DNA of 64,000 bases from Malacoraja senta (taxonomy: Eukaryota), in the NCBI GenBank assembly GCA_038087875.1, contig CM075998.1, forward strand, positions 4,590,001-4,654,000, written 5' to 3'. Shown one piece after another: positions 1 to 13,573 of this stretch. The stretch's first letter is position 1; the number at the start of each line of letters is the position of its first letter. The notes below the pieces were generated by a model. It was not told the DNA's origin and ran no database searches. It was given only the letters and a program-made list of their open reading frames with translations. The position numbers were made by a program, and so were the translations under genes.

Positions 1-2639
1 TTTCTAGACAGCAACAGCTAAACTTCCAAGAGCTCCATCCTAATAAAACAATAAATCTCTGTCTTCCCTAATCTTTAGGTTTAATTGGAATTTTTTTCTT
101 CAGGAGCATGACTGGATACTTTCAAAAAGTTTTTAAACCGCGGGAAAATAATCAGGTAGTTGGGGATTAAAAAGTCAGCAATTGCTGAGATTCAGACACA
201 CAATAAACAATGCAAGTCCCTACAGCTGAGACACCTGTTGAAATATGGAAAATTTCCTGGGGTTATCACCCACACCCTAATGTAAATGCTGCTTGATTGA
301 TGAGTTTTTTCTACAGTTTTTTGTTAAAGCTTTCTATTCATATTTCTGAAATATATAACAGAATGTTGTTTGACCCTAGCAGGAATGAAATAGCTAATAC
401 TGACTCATTCTGAGTAAACAATCTGTATTCATGGTGTCAAAATGCATAACAATAAATGTAAAGTACCAAACATACAAAGGTCATAGTTATTTATATCGCT
501 TACACGATGAGTGTAGGCAGCATGGATGTGTCTAGGTGGGTTACCCTATCTGATTGCCTTGACTCAATGGTTACCTCTACCATAATTTATTTGCGCTCCA
601 ATTTCCCCTCTCCCTTTCTTATTTTCTGATTTGTTTTAGTGGGACATGATTCAACAGGGGGAAAGTATTTATTTAACTGCCTTATCACAGTAGCCAGCCT
701 TCACATGGACCCTAGATAATGAGTATTGGTACATTATTTGAGAAGTGGTAACTTTGATCTTGGTGTGCCTGACATGCATCACTGGAAAGGAATTGGGAAT
801 AGAGACCATGGATAATTTTTTTGAAATGTTCCCCTTCATAGCCCTTTTTAAATAACTTCTTTAGAAAGTATCTTGTCATACCCTTGGGCTATGTATAATT
901 TGCAAGATTCCTCTCTGTTCTATAATAAGTAAGCTTGTATTCATTGGAATGTCTGGAAATGACATAGATTTAGTTAAATAATTTGTTAACAGCAGTTTAT
1001 AATTAAATTTCTAAAGACCCTGACCCTCTTTATCTGACTTTCTGTAATTTTGAATGGTGAGTGCTGGATGATTTCTTTTCCAGAAGGTTACAAACTAATT
1101 TCTTTGTGACTATCCGTTCTTGAGACTCTTTATCTTTTTCCAATGCTCATCCACTTCTCTTTTTAAAAACTATGCTATTTGGACAATCCATGTTCTGACA
1201 AACATCTCTACATACATTTAAGCAAAGCAATGTTTAGTACTTGAAGATAAAATATAATGAAATTGTTCCTCTGAAATAAAAATGTAAACCAATTCTATTG
1301 AATTTTATTTAGGAGGCAGCTTAAGCTATTTGATTTAATTAAAACTGAGGGAATTACAGGGGGAGGGGGGAAGGGGGGGTGACTGGTGTCTACAGTTATA
1401 GTGTGACCAGGACACCAGCAACATTTGAAAGGTGGGATGGACATATGAGGTTATGGGGAAGTGAAATTGGTGGGTGCCAGGTTGCCTTTTGAGTAGAAAG
1501 CAACATTCAGGGGTGTTGAGCCTGGGATTTCTCTGATTTTGTGGGGTGGAAGATCAAAGATAGGGGAAAGGTCTGTGTATGCTTGGTTGAGGGAGGGTCT
1601 ATGAGATAAAGTGAGATTCAAGGATAAAGGTGACTAGTAGACAGAGCTGGTGGCAACCCACTTTGGCACAGTGCTGGGAAAACAAGGTTGTCCAAAAAAA
1701 ATAGGATTGCATGGGGATGACACAAGTCCATGTGTTCCTGACACAGAAATCCCATCATGGGCTTAGGGGTCACTCACCTTCAAAGAGGCCTGGTCTGCTT
1801 TCCAACATAAAATGATGCAGAAATGTTCACTCCAGTAAATAAATTAGATTTTCAATTGCATAATGTTGCAAAATATGTTTTGCCTCCTTGTTGCAGCATG
1901 GATTAAAGAAAGGAGCTTGAAATGGGTATTTTTAATACACACTTTCATAGAGTGATACAGCATGATGCTTTCATAGAACATTGAAAAGTGCAGCATGGGA
2001 ATAGGCCCTTCGAGCTGCAATGTCCATGCTGAGCATGATGCCAGGTTAAACTAATCTCCTCTGCCTGCGCATGATCCATATCCCTCCATTCCCCACATAT
2101 CCATGTGCCTATGCAAAAGGCTCTAATGCTTCTGAAAGTCTCTTAATTTCAGTTTACTATTGACATGAAATTAGAGTGAATGTTATCCAACACATCGAAT
2201 GAGTAGCTAAAATTGTGTAGAATGTACAACACTAAGAATGTTCAGTCCATTGCATTCCATATGCATTTTTCCCAGTGTAACTATTTCTTCTTGCTGTCCA
2301 AATCCCTCTTTTTCTTCACTTTCTCTAACACAATATAAATACATTAATGCTATCTGTTCATCCCTTGCAAATCCTTTCTGCTCACTGTGTAACAAATATT
2401 CTCCCAAATTCTGAACTAATTTGTAGTGGCGATCTTGTAATTTGCACCAATGGACTGCTTTGTTAATTATTGTACGTGCCTTTGGCATTATCTTTCAGCG
2501 GATAAATGTATTCATTGTTGCTAGGGTAAATGTAGTGTAAAAAGGAAGTAGGCAATTTTAAAAGATCACTGGCTGGGAATTCTTTTGTGTAGCGTTAAGC
2601 TTTTGAACGGAATTTAATCTCAAACCAGATAGCGAAAAT

Positions 2640-2780
2640 TACACACTTGGCGGCTACCAGAGATGGACAGTGATGTCAAACAACAGATGCCTTGATGTCA
2701 CTTCTATACAAATAATTTGCTAGTTTAAAGCCCGCGAATGCTGCAGGTCAATTGCAGCGAAGCAGGCAAAACTCGGAAAG
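2640..2780 (+). promoter_or_regulatory. Candidate VDR promoter/first exon
   Basis: Non-repeat segment with local CpGs, two TGATGTCA (CRE-like) motifs at 2671 and 2693, an AT-rich TATA-like stretch near 2705, and a strong donor AAG|GTAAGG at 2781. Confidence 0.35.
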
Positions 2781-5700
2781 GTAAGGGCTGCTCCAGGTTA
2801 GCAGCCAAGGAGTACAAAGCATTGATCAATTTGCAAATGGCTCCATTTTAAGTATTTTGTTTGAAGTTTATTCCCATTGGGTGCCCCTCACCTCCTGTCC
2901 CTGATCCAGCCCTCTGATCCTACCTCTAATGTCCCCGAGATCTGAACCAACAACGCCTTGCCCAACCCACACACATCCCACCTGCTATTATTCATCCCTT
3001 CCTGTAAATGTACACCACATCTTCCTCTACATCCATCCGCCCCATTAAAATCCAACTGCCGCTTCTGATCTCAAATACTTCCTTATTTCCCCCTACAGGT
3101 AATGCGCTCCAATGCCACTATCTACTCCACCCCATCTTTGGACCCTGTGTAGATGTTTCCAGAAACCATAAAATACATAAGGCTGCAAGTTTTCACTAGG
3201 TAGGTCAATGACCAAAGTAGTTGCTGGCGCCTCAACACTGCACCGTTCTATTACACTGCAATGGCTGCATGTGAACATCTGGACAAAACATTTACTAAAC
3301 AATACACACTGGCACTGCTGCCTCATAGCTCCAGCTCCTGATCTGTGTGGAGTTTGCATGATCTCTCTGTGATGGGGTGTGAGTTTTCTCTGGATGTTCT
3401 GGGTTCCTCCCACATCCCATAGAGATATGGCTTGGTTAATTGGCTGCTGTAAATTGCTCCTTTTGAGCAAAAATATTAAAAAGCGAATGGATGGCAATGT
3501 TAGAAAATTTATAGGTTGCAGGGTATTTAGATAATCATTAATCGGTGTGGGCTCGGTGGGCCGAAGGGCCTGTTTTCACACTATCTCTAAACTAAACTAA
3601 ATAAGAGGGGGAATAGGATTGCTCAGGGTCAGCAGTGACTTTGTTGGGCCAAATGGTCCCCTACTGTGTCATAAGAGTAAAATAAAATATGCTGCTGCTC
3701 AGCAACATGGTAGGAAATGTTTGAAGGAGAATTGCTGATGTTAGTGGCAGGAGAGTGGAGAACCTTTGATGTGATGGAAATCCAATGTCCTCTCGTTACT
3801 GAAGTTCAGTTGTCTAGAAATTGGATCACAGCACATTTTGGTGCAGTTTGTGACCTTATTTCTAGTGAAAGTAATACATTTAGTGAATGTAAAACTTGTA
3901 CCTAATGTTCCTGTAAAGCTGCAGCATGTAAGGATTTTATTGCGCTGGTGCATATGACAAATAAACACTTGATCTCACTAATGAAAATCAGAGAATTACA
4001 GCATGAATTGCAAAGCCTGTAGTTATGATCTCGGTGCTCTGGGCATCAGATGTGCAGCGGCATCCAGTGCCATATAATGTGCATTTAGTCATCTATTCTG
4101 TAATTTCCAATTTGTGTGCTGGGCTCGCATGATATGTTGACCACTCGTGTAGAAGCAGATTTTCACAGTTCCTGTGAAGACTGCAACATTATGATTTCTA
4201 GAGCAGTGGATGGTTGATAAGAAGGGTCCAGCTCTGATGATTAGTTTGGTTGGGGGTGTCAGTGGGGTGGGGTGTAGCTCGGGCTACCTGCAGGGTGCTG
4301 AAGAGATGAAGGTGAGGGGGCGTGAATTGGGATATTCGAAATTGGACCGAGGAGATTGTATGGTCAGCAGATTGTGAGATCGGGGACTTGGAAGATTAGT
4401 GAGGTGAGGTTCGCAGATCAAGGGAGTGATGAGGGGTGGTATGATAGTGCCAAGTGGTGTGGGGGCATAAAGGATGCTAGGGAAGCAATTATCCTGGGAA
4501 TGTAGGGAGAATAAAGTTGGATCAGTCCAAATAGGTGCTTGATGATTGGCGTGAACTCAGTTGGCCAAAGGGCCTGTTTCTGAATTCATGATACCTTGGC
4601 ATTAGTCCAGCATCTGTTGAGAAAACCAATTTGTCATAGGAATGTCCAACGTCCGCCAATCCTGGCATACGTAGTAGATTTTCTCCCTCACAGCACCAGA
4701 GACCCGGGTTCAATCCTGACTACAGGTGCTATCTGCGTGGAGTTTGTACATTCTCCCTGTGACCACGTGGGTTTTCTCCAGGTCCTCCTGTTTCCTCCCA
4801 CATTCCAAAGACATGCAGGTTTGTAGGTTAATTGGGTGCTGTAAATTGTCCCTAGTCTGGAAGATAGAACAAGTGTATGGGTGATCATTGGTTGACACAG
4901 ACTTGTTGGGCCAAAGGTCCTGTTTTCACACTGTATCTCTAAACTAAATTTCCCCTGCAAAACTTCAAAGGGGTAAAAAAAAATTGTTGTACAAGTTTCA
5001 CTTTGTTAACTTTCACCTGAGTAGAGGAAATCATTATACAATTATCAGATGTTCACCTCTATACAACTTGCAGGAAGATTCTCCCACATTGTTGAAATGA
5101 AGAAGTTCAGCACTCATTTTTGCCAGAAGCTGTGGAGCTGTGCAAAACCAGGTGTTCACAATTCTGTTGAAGCTTGCAATGTAGTAGTGAATTATCACCT
5201 TGCAAATGGATAAATTGTACTGAAATTCCCAAAATAGGATAATCTATTCAGGTTTGAAGCAAATACTTGCAGATTTGGGTGTATGATGTTCGCACATTTT
5301 TGCATGTTTTGCGAAACTCACTTTGTACAAAATAGTCCAATGATCTGCAATGTATATAGTAATGACTTTTAATAAAGTGCACTTGGCATTGATGACTGCC
5401 TTAATCATTTCATGCCCTGGTCAAAACAATGGGCTTTCTTGGACTCTTATAAATGCTGATGGAATATTAAAACTGTCTGGTAAAAAAAGATTAGTAAGGC
5501 TGTCAGGGATTATGGGGGGAAGGCAGGAGAATGGGGTTGAGAGGGAAAGATAGATCAGCCATGATTGAATGGCGGAGTAGACTTGATGGGCCGAATGGCT
5601 TAATTCTGTTCCTATCACATATGAACTTATGAACTAAGATTCTTTGAAAATGCTGACATTTTTGATGTTTAAAAAAAAAGCTGAATATTGTTACAATCAC

Positions 5701-6975
5701 TAATAAAAGTTTAACAGGTATGATTGTAATGTCAACATAAAATGTGTTCAATCACTTCTGCACAGCTGACCTATCCAGCTTCCCAATTCAGGAACACCTT
5801 AATTATTAATTTTCATTCTTGTTTTAAATCCTTATTAGGCCTTCCCTCTCTTCATCTAAGTAACCTAGTTCTGCCTAAACCAAGATTATCTGCAATATGG
5901 CAATTCTCCCCACATATTTCCTTGATTTCTTAATTTCTAGACGGTGACTATATTGCCCGTGCTTCTGTGATTAATTACACAGATTTGTTGTTCTGCACAA
6001 GGTGAACAAAGGCAGCTTTATTGCCTTACCTGAGCTGGGCATGCTCAGAGCTATTCACAGCCTTAAAGAGGAAATATGCATAAAGAAATATACTAACCAA
6101 AGCGATAACATAACACGACACCCCTCCCCCTGATAATCAAAGAACTATTTTTGTTTTCTTAATCTTTAGGTCACATTGTTACTGAGTCCTTTATCTACAA
6201 GGAAGATATACATTCACATGATGAATAAAACTTAGTGACTTCAGAATGCAAGGATGCTGGCTTCTTTATTTTCTTTTTCATCCTTGAGATTTGGATTCAC
6301 AGACAGTGGATGATGTTTTGAGTGCTTTAAAGAATGACGTGTTTCATGTGATACTTTTCAAACAGAGTGGCCCTGTGATCATCGGTTTCAGATGGCTGCA
6401 TGTCACGTGGAATTACTTACTGGCCTTTATGGTTATTGTGTTTTATGAGAATTGTATCCCCATGCTGTGATGGTGTAAACTGAATTTCAAGTCTTTCTCT
6501 GCCTTTGCTTTCATGTTCTTTTTCTTGGTTTTGTCATTGTCGCATGGTGTTCGAGTCATAGAGTGATACAGTGCGGAAACAGGCCCAACTTGCCCACACC
6601 GGCCAACAATGTCCCAGCTCCACTAGTCCCACTTGCCTGCACTTGGTCCATATCCCTCCAAACCTGTCTTATCCATGTACCTGTATAACTGCTTCTTAAA
6701 TGATGGGATAATCCCAGCCTCAACTACCTCCTCTGGCAGCTTGTTCCATATACCCACCACCCTTTGTGTGAATCGCCTATCTTGCAGGGTATCTCTAGGC
6801 GATATGCAAGCTTCAAGATGAATGTTGCTGGTTGTCTTCTTGATGCTGAATGTGCTGTTGCTCTGTGGTTTTGTGAAATGTGATGAAGTTCTTCCATGAT
6901 TTGCCTTCATCAGGACATGACCTGCAGGTTGTGATTTTTGCATCATAAAGATGCCCAAGTATGTTACATACTTTG

Positions 6976-7272
6976 GGCGGCACGGTGACGCAGCGGTGGA
7001 GTTGCTGCCTTACAGCGCCAGAGACCCGGGTTCGATCCTGACCATGGGTGCTGTCTGTACGGAGTTTGTATGTTCTCCCTGTGACCTGTGTGGGTTTTCT
7101 CTGGTTTCCTCCCACACTCCAAAGACGTACAGGTTCGTAGACTAATTGGCTTGGTATAATTGTAAATTATCCATAGTTGTGTGTAAGATAGTGTTAGTGG
7201 GCTGGGATCGCTGGTCAGAATGGACTCAGTGGGCTGAAGGGCCTGTTTCTGCGCTGTATCTCTAAACTAAAC
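6976..7272 (+). mobile_element. HE1/V-SINE-like copy (other + copies near 3340-3600, 4670-4948, 25935-26106, 27288-27557, 32080-32370, 58909-59567)
   Basis: Same head, core and tail as 21221-21546. Confidence 0.83.
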
Positions 7273-9620
7273 TTCCTGAAGTTATCCATCCTCCCTAAAC
7301 TGCACAAATATACAATCAAGCTACAGGACAGTAGCCTCCTTGGATATAGAGCTACAGTTTCTACAATAGGTAACCTACTAGAGTCATCAATAGTTATAAG
7401 CAAATAATTGTCAGTGTGTTCATTGCAAACTGATGTGTCAACCCAAGGCCCATTGGACATATCGGATATTTGTTTTAGTTCTTGGAGGTTTAACTTTGTA
7501 CTTGCTCAGCAAGTAATCATCTTGTGTTCATATATCTGTTTTTCCTTAATAATTGTTGAGTCTTCACAATTCCTTCCCTGCCTTCATGAGCAATGTCTAT
7601 ATTGTATTGCCTACTGCAAGATGATAAGGGGATAAGCTCATGGCCAAGATCTGAGCTAGGTGCGGTCTTGAGTCTATTGTGAACGTGCCGTGTGAGGGTG
7701 TGCTTTCCATGACCTGTTTCCAGTTTTGCAATTTAATCGTTAACATGCACAGCGACAGAGCAACATCTGCCTTCATTGTAGCTTTGATTTCACTTCAATG
7801 TCATTGTTTTGGGCACTGCATTCATGGTCACATAACTGACATTCTGTTCTGCGATTTTGTTCTTCATAACTAGTGAGGCCTATTCTGGGCAAGATAATCA
7901 GCAGGATTTAACTTTTCCAGGCTGATATATGATATGATAATCATGCTGTTGCAGCATGATTAAAGTATCCAGTGCTCAATATAAGTGGGCCATTAGGATT
8001 GTTAAACAGACTAATAAGCAGTCTGTGGTCAGTCAAATTTATTACTTTATAGATACAGATGAAAATGTAAAATGCCCCATGAGACAGACAGTGTTTCTCA
8101 CTATGTGAAATTAGGTTAATGATCTACTTGCATCATGATAATTGGCATTTGACCGGGTTTGTTTCTCTGACAGAACAGCAGCAAGATCAACTCAGCACAC
8201 GTCTACAATCATTCCAAGTTGTTTTCCCTTGGTCATATTGTAGAATTGGGGGACCATAAAAGTACATCATTCCCTGAAGGTGACATCACAAATGGAACTA
8301 GTGTTTGGGTGATCGCTGGTCGGCATAGGCCCAGTGTTTCTCTAAACTGAACTAAGCTAAAATGGTTCAAAAACACTCTTCGCTCCTTCGATTTAGTGGT
8401 AATTCCGTGAAACAACGAACTCTGTCTGAAACAGATTCGGTCTGTATATCAAGATCTGTTAAAATGAGGGTTTACTGGGTTTTTTCTTTATCCACATTGC
8501 CCTGACCTGAGTGAACAGTGAATTACCTCTCAACCCTCAATGTTTGAAAAAGAAGAGCCCCAACATCTCTAGTCTGTCCACATTACTCATCCCAGAACCC
8601 TTCTAGTAAATAGTTTTGCGCCCTTTTTAAGGCCTTCACATCTCACTTAATGTGCGGTGCCCAGAATTAGACAAAATCCAGTTGCAACGGAACAATTATT
8701 TTATAAAAGCTCAACAAAACCTTCTTACTTTGGCATTCTGTGCTTGCAAAGCCCTGATGCTGCCAACTTCAAAGATTTGTGTAACTGTACCCTCGGGTTT
8801 CTGTTGCTGCACCCCTTTTGGAATTATACCTTTTTTGTATAAGCGTCTTTATAATAGAGTCTTGCCTAAATGCATCACTTCATGTTTCTCATTAAGCTTA
8901 TGTCTGCCCATTCCATCAGCTTACTTCTAATAAACATAGCATTGAAGCAGACCACTTAGTCCAGTGTGTTCATGTGGATGATTGTGCTCCTTAGGGACAT
9001 CTTCCCACCCTAATTCAATGAATTCTTGCAGCAGATCCTTCTCGTTTTTCTCTCCTACCACGTGTTTATCCAGCACCTTAAGTCTAGCTCTGCTATTACC
9101 TCCACTGGTCCATGTAACCAAATTCCACATTTGGGCGATATATTTCTACTTAATTCTTCACTGGATTTATTGTTGTTCACCTTATGTTTGTGACTGTTAA
9201 TAGCGTTCCCGCATGAAAATGTCTACAATTACAATATCAAATTCCTTCATAATTTGAAAGATCTCTTCTTGAGGAACGAGCACTACCTTGTTCAGTCTGT
9301 GTCGATAGATGCACTTAGTTCCAATATCATCCTTGTACATTTTTTCTCTTTTTTCAAGTAGCTCAATAACCTTTTGCATCACATTTAGACCAGTGCTGTG
9401 CACAGTCGTCTTCAAATATAATGCACAGTGTTCTGAAACCGAGCTTCTGACTGGGATGGCATAGTACTGAATCACATGGAGCATCCAGTGATCAAGCAGA
9501 AGCATTCTTTGTAATGTTTCATTCAGTTGTTTCCAGTGTTGGGATTGACCTGCATATCAGCGAATGGTCCATATTCAATTGTATATCACAGAAAATATCA
9601 AGCATCTCGTCTAAACATTG

Positions 9621-9744
9621 AGTTTGAAGAAGCGTCCCAACTTGAAATGTTGCCTATCCATTCCCTCCACAGATGCTGCCTGACCTGCCGAGTTACTCCA
9701 GCACTATGTGTTTCCCTCAAGATTCCAGCATCTGCAGTTTCTTG
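9621..9744 (+). mobile_element. Degenerate Penelope end fragment (similar ones near 23300-23390, 36155-36280, 42750-42940, 45210-45345, 61915-62042)
   Basis: Shared AGATGCTGCC..GAGTTACTCCAGCA..CCAGCATCTGCAGTT signature with a decayed hammerhead. Confidence 0.65.
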
Positions 9745-11293
9745 GATCTCAAGCATTTAGTCTAGTTTATTTATTCATGTGTGTATATATTTATATAATT
9801 GTATATGGACACACTGATCTGTTTTGTAGTCAATGCCTACCATGTTCTGTTGTGCTGAAGCAAAGCAAGAATTTCATTGTCCTATCAGGGACACATGACA
9901 ATAAACTCGTTTGAATCTTGAATCTAGTCTCAACGGAATATCAATATATTGAATGAAGGGTGGGAGAGTGTTCAAAATCTAACACAAGATGATGCATCAA
10001 GTTAATCCTGTAACTAGTTGGAAAGCATTTGGAAGTCTACATGTGTAATGCTGAATTCCAAATGCAAGGCAAAAACAAAACCAATTCATTGCTCGGGTCT
10101 TAAAACAGTGATTTAGCTCTTTTGTGTGTTTTGCTCACAACAGACATTGAGAAGAGTTGCGTGGACTCGGGCTCCCTGGCCCTTTGCTACTAGGAAACTG
10201 GTTCAACTATGATCCAACTTGCAACAACATTTTGGAAAATGCAGAAGAAATATTTAACAGAGAGCAATGTTGGTCACAGATAATTTATTTGTGGATCAAT
10301 GAGAAGTGTGAAAGTTATTTTTAAACCGAATATTTGTTCAGTGCAGCACACGTTTGGAAATGACAATCAAATATTGACTGAGAAATTGGATTGTATATCT
10401 CTGGTTTTCTTGACATAATGTGATTGAAAAGCAGCGTAATGGAGTAAATCCTGTTGTGACCATTTCTGGATTGTATCACGGCACTCGTGAAATTCAACTG
10501 GTCACATCTGGACAGGAACCACACAAACCTGTTTGATCTTTTCCCGTTGTCATGAGCACTTCTGATGACAGTAATGCTCATGCCACACCATTTTCCAGTG
10601 CTGTCGTCGCTGATTGGAGCTCACGGGTACACAAAATGAGTGCACTCAGGCAGCCAAAAAAAAAATCCACAACCTGCTGCATTCATATGCTCTTTAAAGG
10701 GCCATTCAGTTAATAACTGGAGATTTTAGAAAGCAGCTTCAAACCTTTTAGGAGACTGCTCCCACACCCACGGCAAGGTGCGGTGGTAGAGTGGTAGAGC
10801 TGCTGCCTTACGGTTCCTACAGCCTGATAACTTGCTGAGCATGAGAGGGCTTCCCCCTATCCCATCATGGCAGGCTCCCTCCTATTCCTGGCAGTCTTTT
10901 CTAAAATGAGCTGATGAAGCATGGAGCCATGAACATTTACAGCATCCTGTATTTATAGGCCAAATTTGTGTGATGCCATGTGTGTTGGTTATTGGCTTAA
11001 GTAAGTAGTATTTCCAAGTGCTGTAGATCTCACCTTGACATACTTTGTGAGGTCATGCTGTTTCTTCTTATATTGTTTTATTGAATGGGGGTATGAAGCT
11101 TCGAACCAAAGATGGCAGCTACCGTCTGTCAAGATCTTTTATGGCTGGCCTAGTAAACTACATTTGCAAATGTCAAATCAAAGTTCTATTGTTGTGTATA
11201 CCAAGCCAGTGGGACACTTTCCACCAATTTGTACTTGTTTATGGCGACTTTTTTAAAACCCTTTTTGTAAACTAGCATGGTTACTATTGGTGT

Positions 11294-11502
11294 AGGCCAG
11301 CACTGCAGATGCTGGTTTACACTGAAGATAGACACAAAATGCTGGAGTAACGCAGCGGGACAGGCAACATCTCTGTATCGAAGGAATGGGTGACTTTTCG
11401 GGTCAAGACCCTTCGTCTCAACCCGAAACGTCACCCATTCCTTCTCTCCAGGGATGCTGCCTGTCCCGCTGAGTTACTCCAGTACTTTGTGTCTATCTTC
11501 GG
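11294..11502. mobile_element. Older foldback Penelope end element (second subfamily)
   Basis: Inverted arms GACACAAAATGCTGGAGTAA.../...TTACTCCAGTACTTTGTGTC. Degenerate 16-bp TSD at 11278-11293 and 11503-11518. Confidence 0.75.
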
Positions 11503-12267
11503 TGGCTATTATTAGTGTGTTTAAAGTAAAAGTTTGGATTGGTATATTGTTTTTATGGGGATTTTTTGCATCCATGTATGGTATGATACATGTACAGTAA
11601 AATGTTAATAATCTGGTTTCTCGTTGTTTGGAAATCTGGCTCACCAGGGCCCTCTTTCCCATGTTCCATTTAAACACAAACTAGGACATTCCACTCTCCC
11701 TTTAAACTCACTGGGGCCCCGTTCCAATTTAATTCCATTTGATTTTGTTTTCCCTGCTCCCTTTAAACTCTCCTAGTTCACTGGAGAATTTATTATACTA
11801 CTGAGTAACATTTTAAAAAGGATGAGTTAAAAGGGTATTGGTGTATTAATAGGAATAATATCCAATAGTCTGGATAATCTGCCAGTCTACTCCAAAATCC
11901 CCAGAGTGAGGATTATTGGAGATTTACTGTAATATAAAAAGATACCAGACACCATACAAAATAATACTATCGGCACACAATCGGTGCCGTCTCCTAGTAA
12001 CAAAAAAAACACAAGACAATGAGAGCATGATCTCTTGGTAAATAATGTGTTTGACAATCCTTTCAAATTGAATCATCGGTAATCTTTACCTGTAATTAAC
12101 TTGAAATTGCAGAGCTTTAACTTTTATTCAGCAAACTGTTCTATATTGCATTTGCCGGCAACTGATTCTGATGCATTTCAATCATTCACTCTATATTAGC
12201 TAATAGTGGTTAGCCACTGTATTCAATGTTTAGCTGTTCACTGGAGAGTAATTAATAGAATCCTGGT

Positions 12268-12489
12268 TGTTTAAGAAGGAACTGCAGATGCTGGAAAATT
12301 GAAGGTAGACAAAAATGCTGGAGGAACTCAGCGGGTGAGGCAGCATCTATGGAGTGAAGGAAATAGGCAACGTTTCAGGTCAAGACCCTTCTTCAGTCTG
12401 AAGAAGGGTCTCGACCCGAAATGTCGCCCATTTCCTTCGCTCCATAGATGCTGCCGCACCCGCTGAGTTTCTCCAACATTCTTGTCTAC
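12268..12489. mobile_element. Inverted (foldback) Penelope end element with hammerhead cores
   Basis: Two oppositely oriented arms meet at cttcagTctgaag (~12397). 14-bp TSD AATAGAATCCTGGT at 12254-12267 and 12490-12503. Confidence 0.88.
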
Positions 12490-12939
12490 AATAGAATCCT
12501 GGTGATCCTTTCATGTGCACAAAGGGCTAGGATATGTTCTGGGGCCAATATAGACTGATAATTGTATATTTTAATTAGTATAGGGTTTACACACTGCATG
12601 TGGACAGTCAGTCGGAGTTTGGATGACTTGATGTAAAATATCTTAAATTTCCCATCACAAAACAGGGTGCAGTTGAATATTACTTCCAATTAATCAATCA
12701 GTATTGCTATTCCTGTCCTTGCATGTTAATTTATTTGTAGTACATGTGCTGTTTACATTTGACCAGTGATTTCTCACCCAATATTTGGATACTGACATAA
12801 TTATATCCTTGAATTTATGGAACAGTCCAGTAGAGATTGTTTCTGGAGGTTACAAGTCCATTGTATAATCCTTTTACCAATCTGAATATAATTATAAAGA
12901 TGTTATAAAAGCAGTTTTTTTTAAAGTAAGACTGATCAA

Positions 12940-13272
12940 ATGCTTCTGTCCGGCAGAAGGTTCAGAAGCCTGAAAGTATACACCAGACTCGGGAACAGCT
13001 TCTTCCCCTCTGTTATCAGGGTTCTGAACGGCCCTTCCATAAGCTAGGGTCCTGTCCGATTCACCTCTACCCCATTGTGGACATTGGGCTTTGTGCATGG
13101 AACTGATGTGCTACAATGCTGAGAACTATATTCTGCACTCTGTACCTTCCGCCTTGCTCTATCTATTGTCCTTGAGTTTGAACTGTTTGTATGGTATATT
13201 TGATGTTTTTGGATAGCATGCAAAACAAAGTTTTTCACTGTACTTTGGTGCACATGACAATAATAAACCTAA
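12940..13272 (+). mobile_element. Rex1-like LINE 3' end (others near 9760-9925, 45380-45755 and, on the minus strand, 59134-59476)
   Basis: LPSGRR...NSFFP-type ORF end and a ..CATGACAATAA.. tail. Confidence 0.7.
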
Positions 13273-13428
13273 AATGTTTGCAGTATATCAATGTTGCTAA
13301 TGGCACTTTCCCTACATTGCAGCATTGTATAGCATTGCAGAGCAAACCAGTGAGTTAATATATGGTACACAAAAATGCTGGAGAAACTCAGCGGGTGCAG
13401 CAGCATCTATGGAGCGAAGGAAATAGGT

Positions 13429-13456
13429 AACGTTTCGGGCCGAAACCCTTCTTCAG
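13429..13456 (-). ncRNA. Minimal type I hammerhead ribozyme core in the Penelope 3' end
   Basis: Reverse strand reads CTGAAGA-A-GGGTT TC GGCCC-GAAA-CG-TT: CUGANGA, stem II, GAAA and a palindromic mini stem III. Confidence 0.7.
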
Positions 13457-13573
13457 ACTGATAGGGGGTGGGGAGAAGAAAGGAAAAAAGGAAAAAGGCG
13501 GAGGAGGAGCCCGAGGGCTGGGGGAGGGGAGGAGATAACCGGATGGCTGATGAAGGGGAGGGGACAGCAAGGG

